In this document: positions 18,077 through 27,955 of the stretch, one piece after another
How positions within the stretch are numbered: the first letter of the stretch is position 1
Layout of the letters: the number at the start of each line of letters is the position of its first letter
Origin: Anaerolineaceae bacterium
GTDB taxonomy: Bacteria > Chloroflexota > Anaerolineae > Anaerolineales > Anaerolineaceae
Reading direction: 5' to 3'
Assembly (NCBI GenBank): GCA_018056725.1
Contig: JAGPFF010000001.1
Location: 26,034-90,033, forward strand
Length of the DNA stretch: 64,000 nt
Translations under genes and position numbers: made by a program
Notes under the pieces: model-generated
What the model saw: only the letters and a program-made list of their open reading frames with translations
What the model was told of the DNA's origin: nothing
Database searches by the model: none

Positions 18077-18766
18077 TCAGGCGATCTCCACTGCTTCGCC
18101 GGGTTGCAGCACCATCACCTGGGCTGCGGTTTCTTTTCTGACTTTATCTGCCCACGACACCGCATCTTGCTGGATGAGCGGGAAAGTATTGTAATGAATC
18201 GGAATCACCAACCGCGGGCGCAACAGGTGCACAGCCCGCAAGGCATCCTCCGGTCCCATCGTGTAATTATCACCAATTGGCAGAACAGCCAGATCAAGCC
18301 CCTCATCACCGATTAATTTCATATCCCCAAACAGACCGGTATCGCCGGCGAAGTAGAGTTTTTTCCCCTCCAGCGTGGTCAGCAGGAACCCAGCCGGGTT
18401 GCCCCCGTTTGAACCATCGGGCAGGGCGGAGCCATGTAGGGCAAAAGTTAATTTAAGGTAGCCGAAAGGGTAATGGAACCCACCACCCAGATGCTGGGCA
18501 TGAGTTTTGATCCCTTTCGCCGCAAACCAGGTACAGATTTCAGCATTGGAAATGAGAATTGCCCCAGTTCGACTGGCAATTGCCAGGGCATCGCCCACAT
18601 GATCGCCATGCCCGTGGGTGATGAGGATGTAGTCCGCAGACACTTGCCCGGGATCCTGTTTGGTTTGACTGTTACCGGTGAAGTAGGGGTCGAGCAGCAA
18701 TTGTTTGCCGGCGGTATTAATGCTCAGGGCAGCATGCCCGAACCATTTAATAGTGGTAGTCATCAT
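18077..18766 (-). CDS. UPF0173-type metallo-beta-lactamase-fold hydrolase
   Basis: 229 aa. IKWFGHAALSI, the metal-binding HGHGDHVGD, and a pattern of later His/Asp residues. Confidence 0.75.
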   Translation of the reverse strand: MMTTTIKWFGHAALSINTAGKQLLLDPYFTGNSQTKQDPGQVSADYILITHGHGDHVGDALAIASRTGAILISNAEICTWFAAKGIKTHAQHLGGGFHYPFGYLKLTFALHGSALPDGSNGGNPAGFLLTTLEGKKLYFAGDTGLFGDMKLIGDEGLDLAVLPIGDNYTMGPEDALRAVHLLRPRLVIPIHYNTFPLIQQDAVSWADKVRKETAAQVMVLQPGEAVEIA

Positions 18767-18798
18767 TCAATCCTTTTCTATTTTCTGCCCTCTGGAGT

Positions 18799-19707
18799 CT
18801 AGCGAACAGGAAGCCCGCGGCGATGTTCTTCAATTAATTCCAGTGTTTTTTCCAGTTCAATTTCAGGGAACCGGCGGAAGGGCTCCAGGTAAAAGCGATC
18901 GGTTGTGGCTTCCGCTGTCCGGCGAATTTCTGAACCGGTGGGAGTAATGCGGAGAATGCTATCCTCTTTTGTCAGCCAGCCTTTTTGGGCAAGCATATCC
19001 ACGGCTTGCTGAGTGCGTTCAGGAAGATTCCCGCGGCGTTTGAGCGCCCGGCAGATGGACTCGAAAGAACTTTCCTTCTCAATCCATAGATACGTAAGAA
19101 TATCCCAGGCGTGACCATCACTTTCGATCCCGTGCCATGAAGCCAGGTGGGCGTCATCGCGAAACGCTCTCAACTCGGCGAGGAATTGATCGACCCGGAC
19201 CATCATTGGAGACCCGGATCCGGGATCCAGCCGGCGTTTGTGCTGGATGCACCAGGTTCCCGGGGGATCAGGCGCGGTCAGGCAGGTGTCGGCTAGCTCT
19301 TTTAACCGGCTCGCCAAATCCATCATTTTTGTAACCGGGAGAGACTGAATGCCACCGAGTGTGGAATTAATCGCATTAAGGGTGGACTTCAAAACGTCCA
19401 AACCCTGCGGGCTCATTCGATATTCGTTTTCAGCGACTTGATTGAGTATTCCCGCATCTGTTAGATTGTCCAGTTGAAATTGATACAGCTCTGGCGCAGT
19501 GTAGGGAGAGCTGATGTTGAGCAGGGTAACGCTCACCGGAGTGGGTTCAAAAGCGGGAACCACTGTAAGAAGGGATAAATCCTGTGGGGTCAGGTTGAAG
19601 CGGCTGCTATATTCGACAAAAACCGGCTCGTAAATTGCCGTCATCGCCTGGTAGGCTGCCTCAAAAGCAGGGAATAGGTCTTTTAAATTCACTTTCCCTC
19701 CCGTCAC
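18799..19707 (-). CDS. Hypothetical protein with two winged-helix (MarR-like) segments
   Basis: 302 aa with a GTG start as called; an alternative GTG lies 15 nt downstream behind GGGAGG. The C-terminal ICRALKRRGNLPERTQQAVDMLAQKGWLTKEDSILRITPTG resembles a wHTH. Confidence 0.45.
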   Translation of the reverse strand: MTGGKVNLKDLFPAFEAAYQAMTAIYEPVFVEYSSRFNLTPQDLSLLTVVPAFEPTPVSVTLLNISSPYTAPELYQFQLDNLTDAGILNQVAENEYRMSPQGLDVLKSTLNAINSTLGGIQSLPVTKMMDLASRLKELADTCLTAPDPPGTWCIQHKRRLDPGSGSPMMVRVDQFLAELRAFRDDAHLASWHGIESDGHAWDILTYLWIEKESSFESICRALKRRGNLPERTQQAVDMLAQKGWLTKEDSILRITPTGSEIRRTAEATTDRFYLEPFRRFPEIELEKTLELIEEHRRGLPVR

Positions 19708-19935
19708 TCTCCAACGGTCATCATCGTAGGAATATTATTTCACAAGAAAGCGAAGATTTCAAGCATTCTCATCGCATCATTATATTGGTTATTGTTCGGG
19801 ATAACAAATCTCTGAAAGAGGAACAACTTTATTGAGAGTGCATCGTATACAATATGGCAGTTTTTACGCCGGGAAAACCTTTGGTTGGAAGTTTTAATGA
19901 GTCGTGTATAATGAATTCGTAAATGAGAGGATTCC

Positions 19936-20538
19936 ATGAATCTGTTCCTTGATCCCAACGTTGCTTATGTAATTCTGGTAATCAGTGTCATCCTGGGTGT
20001 ATTGGCGTTATTTACCCCCGGGACGGGATTTCTCGAAGCTGGAGCCCTACTGGCGATCTTGTTTTCCGGCTACGCCATGGTCAGACAGCCGATCAATCTG
20101 TGGGCGTTGATCCTGCTCGTTATCGGCGTGATTCCATTTTTGATCGCCTTGCGGCGTACTAAGAAGTGGTATTACCTGGTTCCAGCTATCCTTTCCATCC
20201 TTGTCGGCTCAATTTTTCTCTTTCGAACGGAAACAGGCGCCCCGGCGATCAATCCGATTCTGGCTTCTCTGATGAGTGTAATCACAGTGCTTTTGTTATG
20301 GATTGTTGCCCGCAAAGGTCTCGAAGCTCTTCGCTTACAGCCCTCACAGGATCTTTCCGCGCTTGATGGACAAATTGGAATTGCGCGCACCGATATTCGT
20401 TATACCGGGACAATCTATGTGGCAGGGGAGGAGTGGAGCGCACGGAGCGAAAAAACGATCCGCGAAGGTCGCCTGGCGAAGGTGGTTGGTCGCGATGGCT
20501 TGGTACTGCTGGTGGAACCGGTGGAAAAAGAAGATTAG
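19936..20538 (+). CDS. NfeD family membrane protein
   Basis: 200 aa. Four hydrophobic spans plus the C-terminal OB-like GIARTDIRYTGTIYVAGEEWSARS. Lies upstream of a stomatin gene, the classic pairing. Confidence 0.8.
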   Translation: MNLFLDPNVAYVILVISVILGVLALFTPGTGFLEAGALLAILFSGYAMVRQPINLWALILLVIGVIPFLIALRRTKKWYYLVPAILSILVGSIFLFRTETGAPAINPILASLMSVITVLLLWIVARKGLEALRLQPSQDLSALDGQIGIARTDIRYTGTIYVAGEEWSARSEKTIREGRLAKVVGRDGLVLLVEPVEKED

Positions 20539-20571
20539 TGTATTTTCATTTATTACCCATGAGGAGGAACT

Positions 20572-21474
20572 ATGTTAGGTGATGGAAATGTTTTGATTTA
20601 CTGTTTGATCGGCGTGGTGATCATTCTTTTGGTTGTCTTCTTCGCTGCTGCCATCAAAATCGTACCGGAATATCGGCGTATAGTGGTTTTCCGGCTTGGA
20701 CGTTGTATCGGCTCCAAGGGACCGGGTCTCGTGCTTTTGATCCCCTTTGTAGACCGCCCGGTATCGGTTGATTTGCGTGAACAGGTGCGTGAGATTCCAG
20801 CCCAAACCTCAATCACCCAGGATAATGCTCCCATCTCAATCGATTTTCTCTGGTATTACAAGGTCTTTGATCCAGTGCAATCCGTTTTGCAGGTGCAAAA
20901 CTTTGAACTTGCGGCGCAAGGGATTGCGACCACAACGCTGCGTTCCGTCATCGGCGGCATCATGCTGGATGGTGTGCTTTCCGAACGGGAGAAGATCAAC
21001 ACTTCCTTACGCGCCCGCCTGGACGAAGTGACAGAGCGCTGGGGTGTGAAAGTGACCAACGTTGAAATCCGTGAAATCGTCCCGCCAAGGGATGTGCAGG
21101 AATCCATGAATCGGCAATTGACCGCCGAGCGCACCCGCCGTGCCGTTGTGACGGAATCCACCGGCAGCCGGGAAGCGGCGATCAACGTGGCTCAGGGTGA
21201 GAAGCAGGCGAACATTCTGCGCGCGGAAGGTGAAAAACAGGCTGCCATCCTCAAAGCCGAAGGCGAACGGCAAGCCCAGGTGCTGCGGGCTGAGGGCTAC
21301 CAGAAAGCGCTGGAAGCCATTTATGCTGCTGCCAAAGAGATTGACCAGAAGACCATGACCCTGCAATACTTTGATACTCTCAAGAATATGGCTGCCGGTC
21401 CTTCCACAAAGTACATCTTCCCGATGGAATTCACCAGCCTGATGAGTGATTTCGTCAAGAAGGGGAAAGAATAA
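20572..21474 (+). CDS. SPFH/band-7 (stomatin-like) protein
   Basis: 300 aa. N-terminal anchor, an SPFH core (IVPEYRRIVVFRLGR, TQDNAPISIDF) and a coiled-coil AEGEKQA repeat tail. Confidence 0.85.
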   Translation: MLGDGNVLIYCLIGVVIILLVVFFAAAIKIVPEYRRIVVFRLGRCIGSKGPGLVLLIPFVDRPVSVDLREQVREIPAQTSITQDNAPISIDFLWYYKVFDPVQSVLQVQNFELAAQGIATTTLRSVIGGIMLDGVLSEREKINTSLRARLDEVTERWGVKVTNVEIREIVPPRDVQESMNRQLTAERTRRAVVTESTGSREAAINVAQGEKQANILRAEGEKQAAILKAEGERQAQVLRAEGYQKALEAIYAAAKEIDQKTMTLQYFDTLKNMAAGPSTKYIFPMEFTSLMSDFVKKGKE

Positions 21475-21499
21475 CCACGATCTAACGTGATACGTTGAA

Positions 21500-21527
21500 G
21501 CGGGTTGGAGAAATCCAACCCGCTTTT
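21500..21527 (+). terminator. Rho-independent terminator after the stomatin gene
   Basis: GCGGGTTGGA gaaa TCCAACCCGC followed by TTTT. Confidence 0.75.
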
Positions 21528-21542
21528 AGTTATAATAACCTT

Positions 21543-22019
21543 ATGGAGGACAGGGATCGATTCTATACCTTTCAGACAGCCACCTTAAACGATCTGGGCG
21601 CACTAGGTGAAATGGAGCGGGTATGTTTCCCGCTGGATGCCTGGCCGCTGCTTGAGCGAATCGGTGCCTTAATCCTTCCTGCCAGTGTGCGTATCAAGGC
21701 GGTTTACGCCGACCAAATGATCGGATTTGTCGGAGGCGACATTCGGCGTAGAACAGCTACCGGCTGGATCACCACGATTTCGGTGCTGCCGGAATACCGA
21801 CGCATGGGCGTCGGTGAAGGATTGCTGGCTGCCTGCGAAGATCAAATGGGCATGCCTCTAGTGAAACTCGCCGTGCGTCAATCCAATCTGGCTGCCCAGC
21901 AAATGTACCGTAAACATGGTTATCGAAGCGTGGAGATTTGGAAAAGGTACTATTCGGGCGGTGAAGACGCCATCATCATGGAAAAACATCTTTCGAACGC
22001 AAGCATTTCGCTGCCCTGA
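21543..22019 (+). CDS. GNAT family N-acetyltransferase (RimI-like)
   Basis: Acetyl-CoA motif RRMGVGEGLLAACE. I moved the start to the ATG at 21543 because the TTG-initiated ORF-track version spans the terminator hairpin. Confidence 0.75.
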   Translation: MEDRDRFYTFQTATLNDLGALGEMERVCFPLDAWPLLERIGALILPASVRIKAVYADQMIGFVGGDIRRRTATGWITTISVLPEYRRMGVGEGLLAACEDQMGMPLVKLAVRQSNLAAQQMYRKHGYRSVEIWKRYYSGGEDAIIMEKHLSNASISLP

Positions 22020-22056
22020 AGCTGCGAAGGCAATCCCCACGACCATATAGGGTCGC

Positions 22057-22085
22057 TTGCATTCACCTTTGATTTATGATATAGT
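22057..22085 (+). promoter_or_regulatory. Candidate sigma-70-type promoter upstream of greA
   Basis: TTGCAT, a 17-nt spacer, then TATAGT, about 150 nt upstream of the greA start. Confidence 0.3.
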
Positions 22086-22233
22086 ATTTCCAATTCAGAG
22101 AGATTTATCTTCTCTCGCATTAAATAATCGCTCCGGTTTTGGAGTGATTTTTTCCTATCTATACAGGTTTCATTGCAAGAAAACATCATTTAAATTCTCT
22201 GAAGGCACGTAATCACAAAGTGAGGAAAAAAAC

Positions 22234-22704
22234 ATGCCAGTTTCATTCTTGACATCTGAGGGGTATCAAAAACTTCAAGAAGAACTTGAATACCTGCGCA
22301 CGACACGGCGGGAAGAAGTAGCCCAGCGGTTGCACGAAGCCATTGAAGGCGGTGAGCTGTTGGATAATGCTGAATTGGAAGCCGCGAAAAACGAACAGGC
22401 ATTCCTGGAAGGAAGCATTAAAGAACTGGAAATTTTGCTGGCGACCGCGCGCGTGGTGGATGATTCCGATGTGGACAAGGAAGTTATTCAAGTTGGGAAT
22501 AAAGTAACCCTGCAGGAGGAAGGCTCCAGCGCAACGGAAGAATACGAAATTGTTGGGGCAGCCGAGGCAGACCCGAGCGCAGGCAAGATCTCAAATGAGT
22601 CACCGATGGGACGCGCCCTTCTGGGGAAGCGTGTGGGTGATCGGGTGCAGGTGGATGCTCCTGCGGGTTCTTACTTTGTTCAGGTGCTCAAGGTGGACCT
22701 GTAA
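22234..22704 (+). CDS. greA: Transcription elongation factor GreA
   Basis: 156 aa. LTSEGYQKLQEELEYLR, a coiled-coil N-domain, and C-terminal SPMGRALLGKRVGD. Confidence 0.9.
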   Translation: MPVSFLTSEGYQKLQEELEYLRTTRREEVAQRLHEAIEGGELLDNAELEAAKNEQAFLEGSIKELEILLATARVVDDSDVDKEVIQVGNKVTLQEEGSSATEEYEIVGAAEADPSAGKISNESPMGRALLGKRVGDRVQVDAPAGSYFVQVLKVDL

Positions 22705-22763
22705 CGAGGAACGGGGGTCACACAGCCGCAATCTCTGAGTGATCCATTCTCTGGAAGAGTAAA

Positions 22764-22799
22764 AGCCTGCCCCCGAAAATCCTCCCGGGCAGGCTTATT
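22764..22799 (+). terminator. Hairpin after greA (weak T-tract)
   Basis: AGCCTGCCC ... GGGCAGGCT followed by tattcatt. Confidence 0.45.
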
Positions 22800-22820
22800 C
22801 ATTAAGTAAAGGATGTCCTC

Positions 22821-24335
22821 ATGGAATTGAACGACCTGGAAAGAATTCGCTTTGAAAAAATGGAGCAAATGCGCGCGCAAGGGTTTGAACCATACCCCAC
22901 GCGAACAGAAGTGAACCAGACTATCGCCACAGCCATTGGTCGATTTGAAATGGCAGAGGCGGAAGGCAACCCTGTAACGCTCACAGCAGTGCTTGGAGGC
23001 AGGTTGCGCGCTGTGCGTCTGATGGGCAAACTGGCTTTCGCGCATATTGAAGATGCCAGCGGACGCATTCAATTGTTTTTCCGGGTCAACGAGCTGGGTG
23101 AAACGGAAATGCAGCGGTTTAAAGACCAGTTCGATCTCGGTGATTTCATCCAGGCGGAGGGTGACCTCGTCCGCACGAGGACAGGCGAAATCAGCCTGCA
23201 GGTATGTGCCTTTAAAATGCTGGCAAAGGCGATCACACCCCTGCCGGCAGCCAAGGATGAGGTGGTGGATGGTCAGGTGATCCGACATGCCACCCTGGCG
23301 GATCCCGAAACCCGTTTTCGTCAACGATACGCTGACCTTGCGGTAAACGAGGATGTGCGTAAGATTTTTCGTACGCGCACACGCACGGTGAGCGCCCTGC
23401 GCGATTTCCTTGATGAACACGACTTTCTTGAAGTCGAGACGCCTGTCTTACAGCCAATCTATGGCGGCGCAGCGGCGAAGCCCTTTATAACTTATCACAA
23501 TCAACTTAAACAACAACTCTATCTGCGCATTTCCTTCGAACTTTACTTAAAACGCCTGACGGTAGGTGGATTGGATCGGGTGTACGAAATCGGGCGGGAC
23601 TTTCGAAACGAAGGCGTGTCCTACAAACATAACCCTGAATTCACCCAACTCGAATTCTATTGGGCTTACGCCGATTACCTGCAGGTAATGGAGCTCACGG
23701 AGCAGATGATTGCTTACGTCTGTGACCGGGTGCTGGGCACGCGCAAGGTCATGTATGATGGCAGGGAGCTAGACTTTAACCCACCCTGGCGGCGGGTCAA
23801 CCTCCGCCAGAGCCTGATAGAAACTGCTGGCATCGATATCCAGCAGCACCCCAATGCGGAAACGCTGGAGAAAGAGATGCTCGCCCGGGGTCTGAAGGTG
23901 AAAGAGGGCGAAGCCCGCGGCAAGCTCATTGGTCAGCTGCTCGAGGAATACGTCGAGCCGACGCTGATTCAACCGACTTTCCTCTATGATTATCCACGGG
24001 ATATCTCCCCGCTGGCAAAGAATATCCCGGGTGACCCCTCTACCGTAGAACGGTTCGAGGGCTTTGTCAATGGAATGGAACTGTGCAATGCCTTCACCGA
24101 ACTGAATGACCCGTTGGAGCAGGAGAAGCGCTTTTTGGAGATGGGGCGGGAGTATGAAGCGGATGACGAGGAGCGACACCCCATGGACGAGGATTATTTG
24201 AAGGCAATGTCCTATGGTATGCCACCTCAAGGCGGGTTTGGCATGGGCATCGACCGCCTGGTGATGGTGTTGACCGGTCAGAAGAATATCCGCGAGGTTT
24301 TGTTATTCCCCCACCTGCGTGAACGTGAGGAATAG
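22821..24335 (+). CDS. lysS: Lysine--tRNA ligase, class II
   Basis: 504 aa. N-terminal OB anticodon-binding domain and class II motifs (YEIGRDFRNEG, GGFGMGIDRLVM). Confidence 0.92.
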   Translation: MELNDLERIRFEKMEQMRAQGFEPYPTRTEVNQTIATAIGRFEMAEAEGNPVTLTAVLGGRLRAVRLMGKLAFAHIEDASGRIQLFFRVNELGETEMQRFKDQFDLGDFIQAEGDLVRTRTGEISLQVCAFKMLAKAITPLPAAKDEVVDGQVIRHATLADPETRFRQRYADLAVNEDVRKIFRTRTRTVSALRDFLDEHDFLEVETPVLQPIYGGAAAKPFITYHNQLKQQLYLRISFELYLKRLTVGGLDRVYEIGRDFRNEGVSYKHNPEFTQLEFYWAYADYLQVMELTEQMIAYVCDRVLGTRKVMYDGRELDFNPPWRRVNLRQSLIETAGIDIQQHPNAETLEKEMLARGLKVKEGEARGKLIGQLLEEYVEPTLIQPTFLYDYPRDISPLAKNIPGDPSTVERFEGFVNGMELCNAFTELNDPLEQEKRFLEMGREYEADDEERHPMDEDYLKAMSYGMPPQGGFGMGIDRLVMVLTGQKNIREVLLFPHLREREE

Positions 24336-24356
24336 GTAGGTCGCGCTATTAATAAA

Positions 24357-24385
24357 GAACCCGGTTGAAATGCCGGGTTCCTTTT
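24357..24385. terminator. Shared (bidirectional) terminator between lysS and the UPF0316 gene
   Basis: GAACCCGG ttgaaatg CCGGGTTC followed by CTTTT, with an A-rich run on the other side. Confidence 0.7.
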
Positions 24386-24406
24386 AAATTAATCATCCTT
24401 ACACGA

Positions 24407-24934
24407 TCAGGCACGCCAAAATCCCCGCCTTACCGGACGGACATCCTCGGCTGTCACAAATGCCTGAGGGTCGGCTTCAAGGACGATGGTCTCGACATTG
24501 GGCACATCTTTGCGCAAGACGCTGGCATGCAGCTCAAAGACGGTACCATTCTTGCCCCGACCGGGGATTTCAGTGACGGCGTAACCACCGGCACGCAACT
24601 TTTCAGCAATAATGGCGCCGCGGTTGGAACTGATGATTGTAACCAGAATATGACCAATCGCCAGACGCTGCTCAATCAACATGCCGACCAGATTACCGGT
24701 GGCGAAACCGGTGGCGTAACCGAGCACATTCAGGATGTTATCGAGCTGGGTAAGGACTGAACTGATGGCTACTACAAAGATGAGTGATTGGAAAAATCCG
24801 AGCACCCAAACGATGCCTTTTTTACCGCGCACCACGAATAGGACGCGGATCGTGTCGAGTGACATATCGGCGACACGCAAAGCAAAGATCATCAGGGCAA
24901 AAAGCCAGGCATGGGGATCAGAAAGGTATTCCAT
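24407..24934 (-). CDS. UPF0316/DUF2179 family membrane protein
   Basis: 175 aa. N-terminal membrane part ALRVADMSLDTIRVLFVVRGKK plus a C-terminal DUF2179-like alpha/beta domain. Confidence 0.65.
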   Translation of the reverse strand: MEYLSDPHAWLFALMIFALRVADMSLDTIRVLFVVRGKKGIVWVLGFFQSLIFVVAISSVLTQLDNILNVLGYATGFATGNLVGMLIEQRLAIGHILVTIISSNRGAIIAEKLRAGGYAVTEIPGRGKNGTVFELHASVLRKDVPNVETIVLEADPQAFVTAEDVRPVRRGFWRA

Positions 24935-24945
24935 GATAACCTCCT

Positions 24946-27105
24946 TTAGGCTGCTTTTTCTTTGCGCATAGCTGGCAGGTAGAAATCGGTGGTGTATTCC
25001 TTGAGCATGCGCCGCAGACTGAACTGGGGGATCAATGTGCGCAGATCTTCACGTACCAGTTTCAGCCATTCCACCGGGATCTTTTCTTCATTGCGGTCAT
25101 AATAGAGCGGGATAATTTGTTTCTCCAAAGTATTATAGAGACTCTCGGCATCGGCGGCATCCTGCTCTTCGGGGTTGGAATAATCGATGTCTTTACCGAT
25201 AGACCAGCCGTTTTTGCCATTATAACCTTCCCGCCACCATCCATCCAACACGGAGAAGTTCAGCACCCCGTTTATGGCTGCCTTCATGCCGCTGGTGCCG
25301 GAGGCTTCGTTGGGGCGGCGCGGCGTATTGAGCCAGACGTCCACTCCCTGCACCAGATAGCGTGCCACATTAATATCGTAATCTTCCAGGAAGACCAGGC
25401 GACCGGCACTTCGTGAATCCTTCACAGCGCGATAGACCTGTTGAATCAAAAGCTTGCCCGGCTCATCTGCGGGGTGAGCTTTACCGGCAAAAACGATCTG
25501 CACCGGGCGATGAAGGTCGGTGATCAGCGAAATGAGACGATCGAAATCCCGGAAGATCAGGTTGGCACGCTTGTAAGTGGCAAAACGCCGGGCAAAGCCG
25601 ATGGTCAGCGAGTATGGCTCCAGGAAGAGTCCTCCTGCCACCACCTGAGACGGGGTGAGCAGACCGTTTTGCCATTGAATGCGGGTGCGCTCGTTGGCGA
25701 AGTTGACCAGCTTGTTCTTGAGATGGCGGCGGATTGACCATAATTCATCATCCGGGATGTTCTGGATGCTGTTCCAGAATGCCGGGTCCTCAATGTGATC
25801 CACCCAGCTTTCGCCGAGGAACTGGTCGAACAGCATGCCCATACGTCTGGCAAGCCAGGTGTGGGTGTGAACGCCATTGGTGATATAACGGATGGGAACT
25901 TCTTCTTCCTGGCGGTCTGGCCAGAGGAAATTCCACATGCGGCGAGAAACCATGCCGTGAAGTTCCGAGACGGCATTGGCGCGCTCGGAAAGCTTGAGTG
26001 CCAAAACCGGCATGACGAAAGATTCACCCCAGGATTGGGTCTGCCTGCCGAGGTCAATGAACTGGTCATGCGTGAGACCCAATTCCGACCAGATGTTGCC
26101 GAAATACTTGTCGATAAGCCACAGCGGAAACTGGTCATTTCCGGCAGGAACGGGCGTATGGGTGGTGAAAACATTGGAAATCTTCACCTGATCCCAGGCA
26201 TCGCGGAATTCGACGCCATTTTTGACTTTCTCGCGGATACGTTCAATCGCCAGGAATGCGGAATGTCCTTCGTTCATATGCCAGACGGAGGGATCATAAC
26301 CCAGCCGGCTTAGCGCGCGTACTCCGCCCATACCCAGGAGGATCTCCTGCGAAATGCGCACTTCCAGATCATTGCTGTAGAGACGCTCCGTCAATTGCCG
26401 GTCAGCGGGTGAATTTTGCTCAACATTGGAATCCAGCAGATAGAGCCGCACACGACCGACTGCCATCTCCCAGATGCGTGCAAAGACCTTGCGCCCCGGA
26501 AGTTCCACGGAAACAGTGAGCGGTGCGTGGTTTTCATCCAGCAGGGAAATGAGCGGGAGCTGATTGTAGTCGATAATGGCGTTGCGCGTCTCCTGCCAGC
26601 CATCCTCGGTAAGGTGTTGGACGAAATATCCCTGGTCGTAGATGAAACCCAGCCCCACCAGAGGCAGACCGAGATCGGAAGCTTCTTTGAGGTGATCACC
26701 TGAAAGGATACCCAGACCTCCGGCATATACCGGAAGAGATTCGTGCAAGCCGAATTCAAAGGAAAAATAAGCAATGGTGTCCGTTGTGATCTTGGGGTAG
26801 GTGGTATGAAACCAGGTGTCTTGCTGTGCCAGATAGGCATCCATACGAGCGAGCGTACGGTCGTAATACTCAAGATAAGCGGGCTGTGCCGCGGCACTAT
26901 TGAGCATGGGGCGTTCCACCTGGTGCAGGAAAGCCACCGGATTGTGGGAGACGTTGTCCCACAATAAGGGATCAATCAGCTTGAACAGCCGCTGACCATC
27001 CTGGTTCCATGCCCACCACAGGTTATGAGCAACCCGGGTCAGTCCATCGATGCGGCGGGGAAGGTTAAAATTGTTTGGAAATTCACGAATTATGTTTGTA
27101 GTCAT
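24946..27105 (-). CDS. glgP: Alpha-glucan (glycogen/maltodextrin) phosphorylase, GT35
   Basis: 719 aa. GGLGILSGDHLK, and the PLP-lysine context EASGTSGMKAAINGV. Confidence 0.9.
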   Translation of the reverse strand: MTTNIIREFPNNFNLPRRIDGLTRVAHNLWWAWNQDGQRLFKLIDPLLWDNVSHNPVAFLHQVERPMLNSAAAQPAYLEYYDRTLARMDAYLAQQDTWFHTTYPKITTDTIAYFSFEFGLHESLPVYAGGLGILSGDHLKEASDLGLPLVGLGFIYDQGYFVQHLTEDGWQETRNAIIDYNQLPLISLLDENHAPLTVSVELPGRKVFARIWEMAVGRVRLYLLDSNVEQNSPADRQLTERLYSNDLEVRISQEILLGMGGVRALSRLGYDPSVWHMNEGHSAFLAIERIREKVKNGVEFRDAWDQVKISNVFTTHTPVPAGNDQFPLWLIDKYFGNIWSELGLTHDQFIDLGRQTQSWGESFVMPVLALKLSERANAVSELHGMVSRRMWNFLWPDRQEEEVPIRYITNGVHTHTWLARRMGMLFDQFLGESWVDHIEDPAFWNSIQNIPDDELWSIRRHLKNKLVNFANERTRIQWQNGLLTPSQVVAGGLFLEPYSLTIGFARRFATYKRANLIFRDFDRLISLITDLHRPVQIVFAGKAHPADEPGKLLIQQVYRAVKDSRSAGRLVFLEDYDINVARYLVQGVDVWLNTPRRPNEASGTSGMKAAINGVLNFSVLDGWWREGYNGKNGWSIGKDIDYSNPEEQDAADAESLYNTLEKQIIPLYYDRNEEKIPVEWLKLVREDLRTLIPQFSLRRMLKEYTTDFYLPAMRKEKAA

Positions 27106-27208
27106 TCAAACTCACTATTAATAATATGGGCTCAGCAGGCATACCTCACCCGCGATGAAAGTAATAACGATTTGACTTTTACGCTGGGGGGATTTTTAAG
27201 CCGCAAAA

Positions 27209-27217
27209 ATTATACCA
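27209..27217 (-). promoter_or_regulatory. Candidate extended -10 promoter element for glgP
   Basis: Reverse strand TGGTATAAT (TGnTATAAT), about 100 nt upstream of the glgP ATG. No properly spaced -35 element. Confidence 0.3.
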
Positions 27218-27537
27218 GAATGTCAAGAGTAGACTTATGATTTTGTGGATTTGAAAGGTGTGTGGTGTGCGGTCTATGTGGCTTAATGACGTGCCCTCTC
27301 AATTATGAATGACGAATCATCATCCTATCTAACAAAAATTGAATCCTCTCATCCGGTATTAAATGCACTGCATTTTGTCTGAAAACCGGATCCTTCAATT
27401 GTATGGAAGGAGTCAATTCACCGGGTTTAAATTGAGATTGGGATCGAAGTGTTTTCCAGCGCCACTGGTAAGGATCTAAAAAGTACCCGCATCAGCACAT
27501 TGACCACGAGGGAGGCGGGGCGCTTGAAAGCGCGGGG

Positions 27538-27933
27538 TCAAAACTCGGTGGGAATGCGGGCGATGATGGTAAAGAAGGGCTGCAATGATTTAACCAGCCC
27601 CATGGCTTTGAAAACATTGCCGCTAAAGTGGAGGTCGCCATTCATGACCGCGTTGACGGGATCGAGCTGCCCCTTGAACACGCGTTCATAAGTTCGGTAA
27701 TCCCCGCTCAATGCGAACTCCGTTTTCACCGCTTCGGGACCCGCCAGGCGGAAGGTTTTAAGGCTGCCCTGCGCAGTTTCCACAACAAGCGTCTTGGTCT
27801 GACCCTCCGGGCAGTTTTCTACCGTCATGGCGATGGAGAGATCCGTGCTGCCGGTGGTTTGCGGGCTGATACCGGCGCGGAGCACCTTTTCAGCGGCAGT
27901 CATCCAATCTGTACTGAGAAAGCGGTTAGTTGC
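27538..27933 (-). CDS. SCP2 (sterol carrier protein 2-like) domain protein
   Basis: 131 aa from MATNRFLS (RBS AGGAGG). C-terminal GDLHFSGNVFKAMGLVKSL is typical of the SCP2 fold. The longer ORF-track version overlaps the GH1 gene. Confidence 0.7.
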   Translation of the reverse strand, partial: ATNRFLSTDWMTAAEKVLRAGISPQTTGSTDLSIAMTVENCPEGQTKTLVVETAQGSLKTFRLAGPEAVKTEFALSGDYRTYERVFKGQLDPVNAVMNGDLHFSGNVFKAMGLVKSLQPFFTIIARIPTEF

Positions 27934-27955
27934 CATTTTTCCTCCTGAGCGTGAA

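Noticed and set aside
22705-22820. Possible T-box or other leader upstream of lysS.
   Set aside because: The spacer is only 116 nt and is mostly taken up by the greA terminator-like hairpin. No specifier-loop or T-box sequence (AGGGUGGUACCGCG-like) is present.
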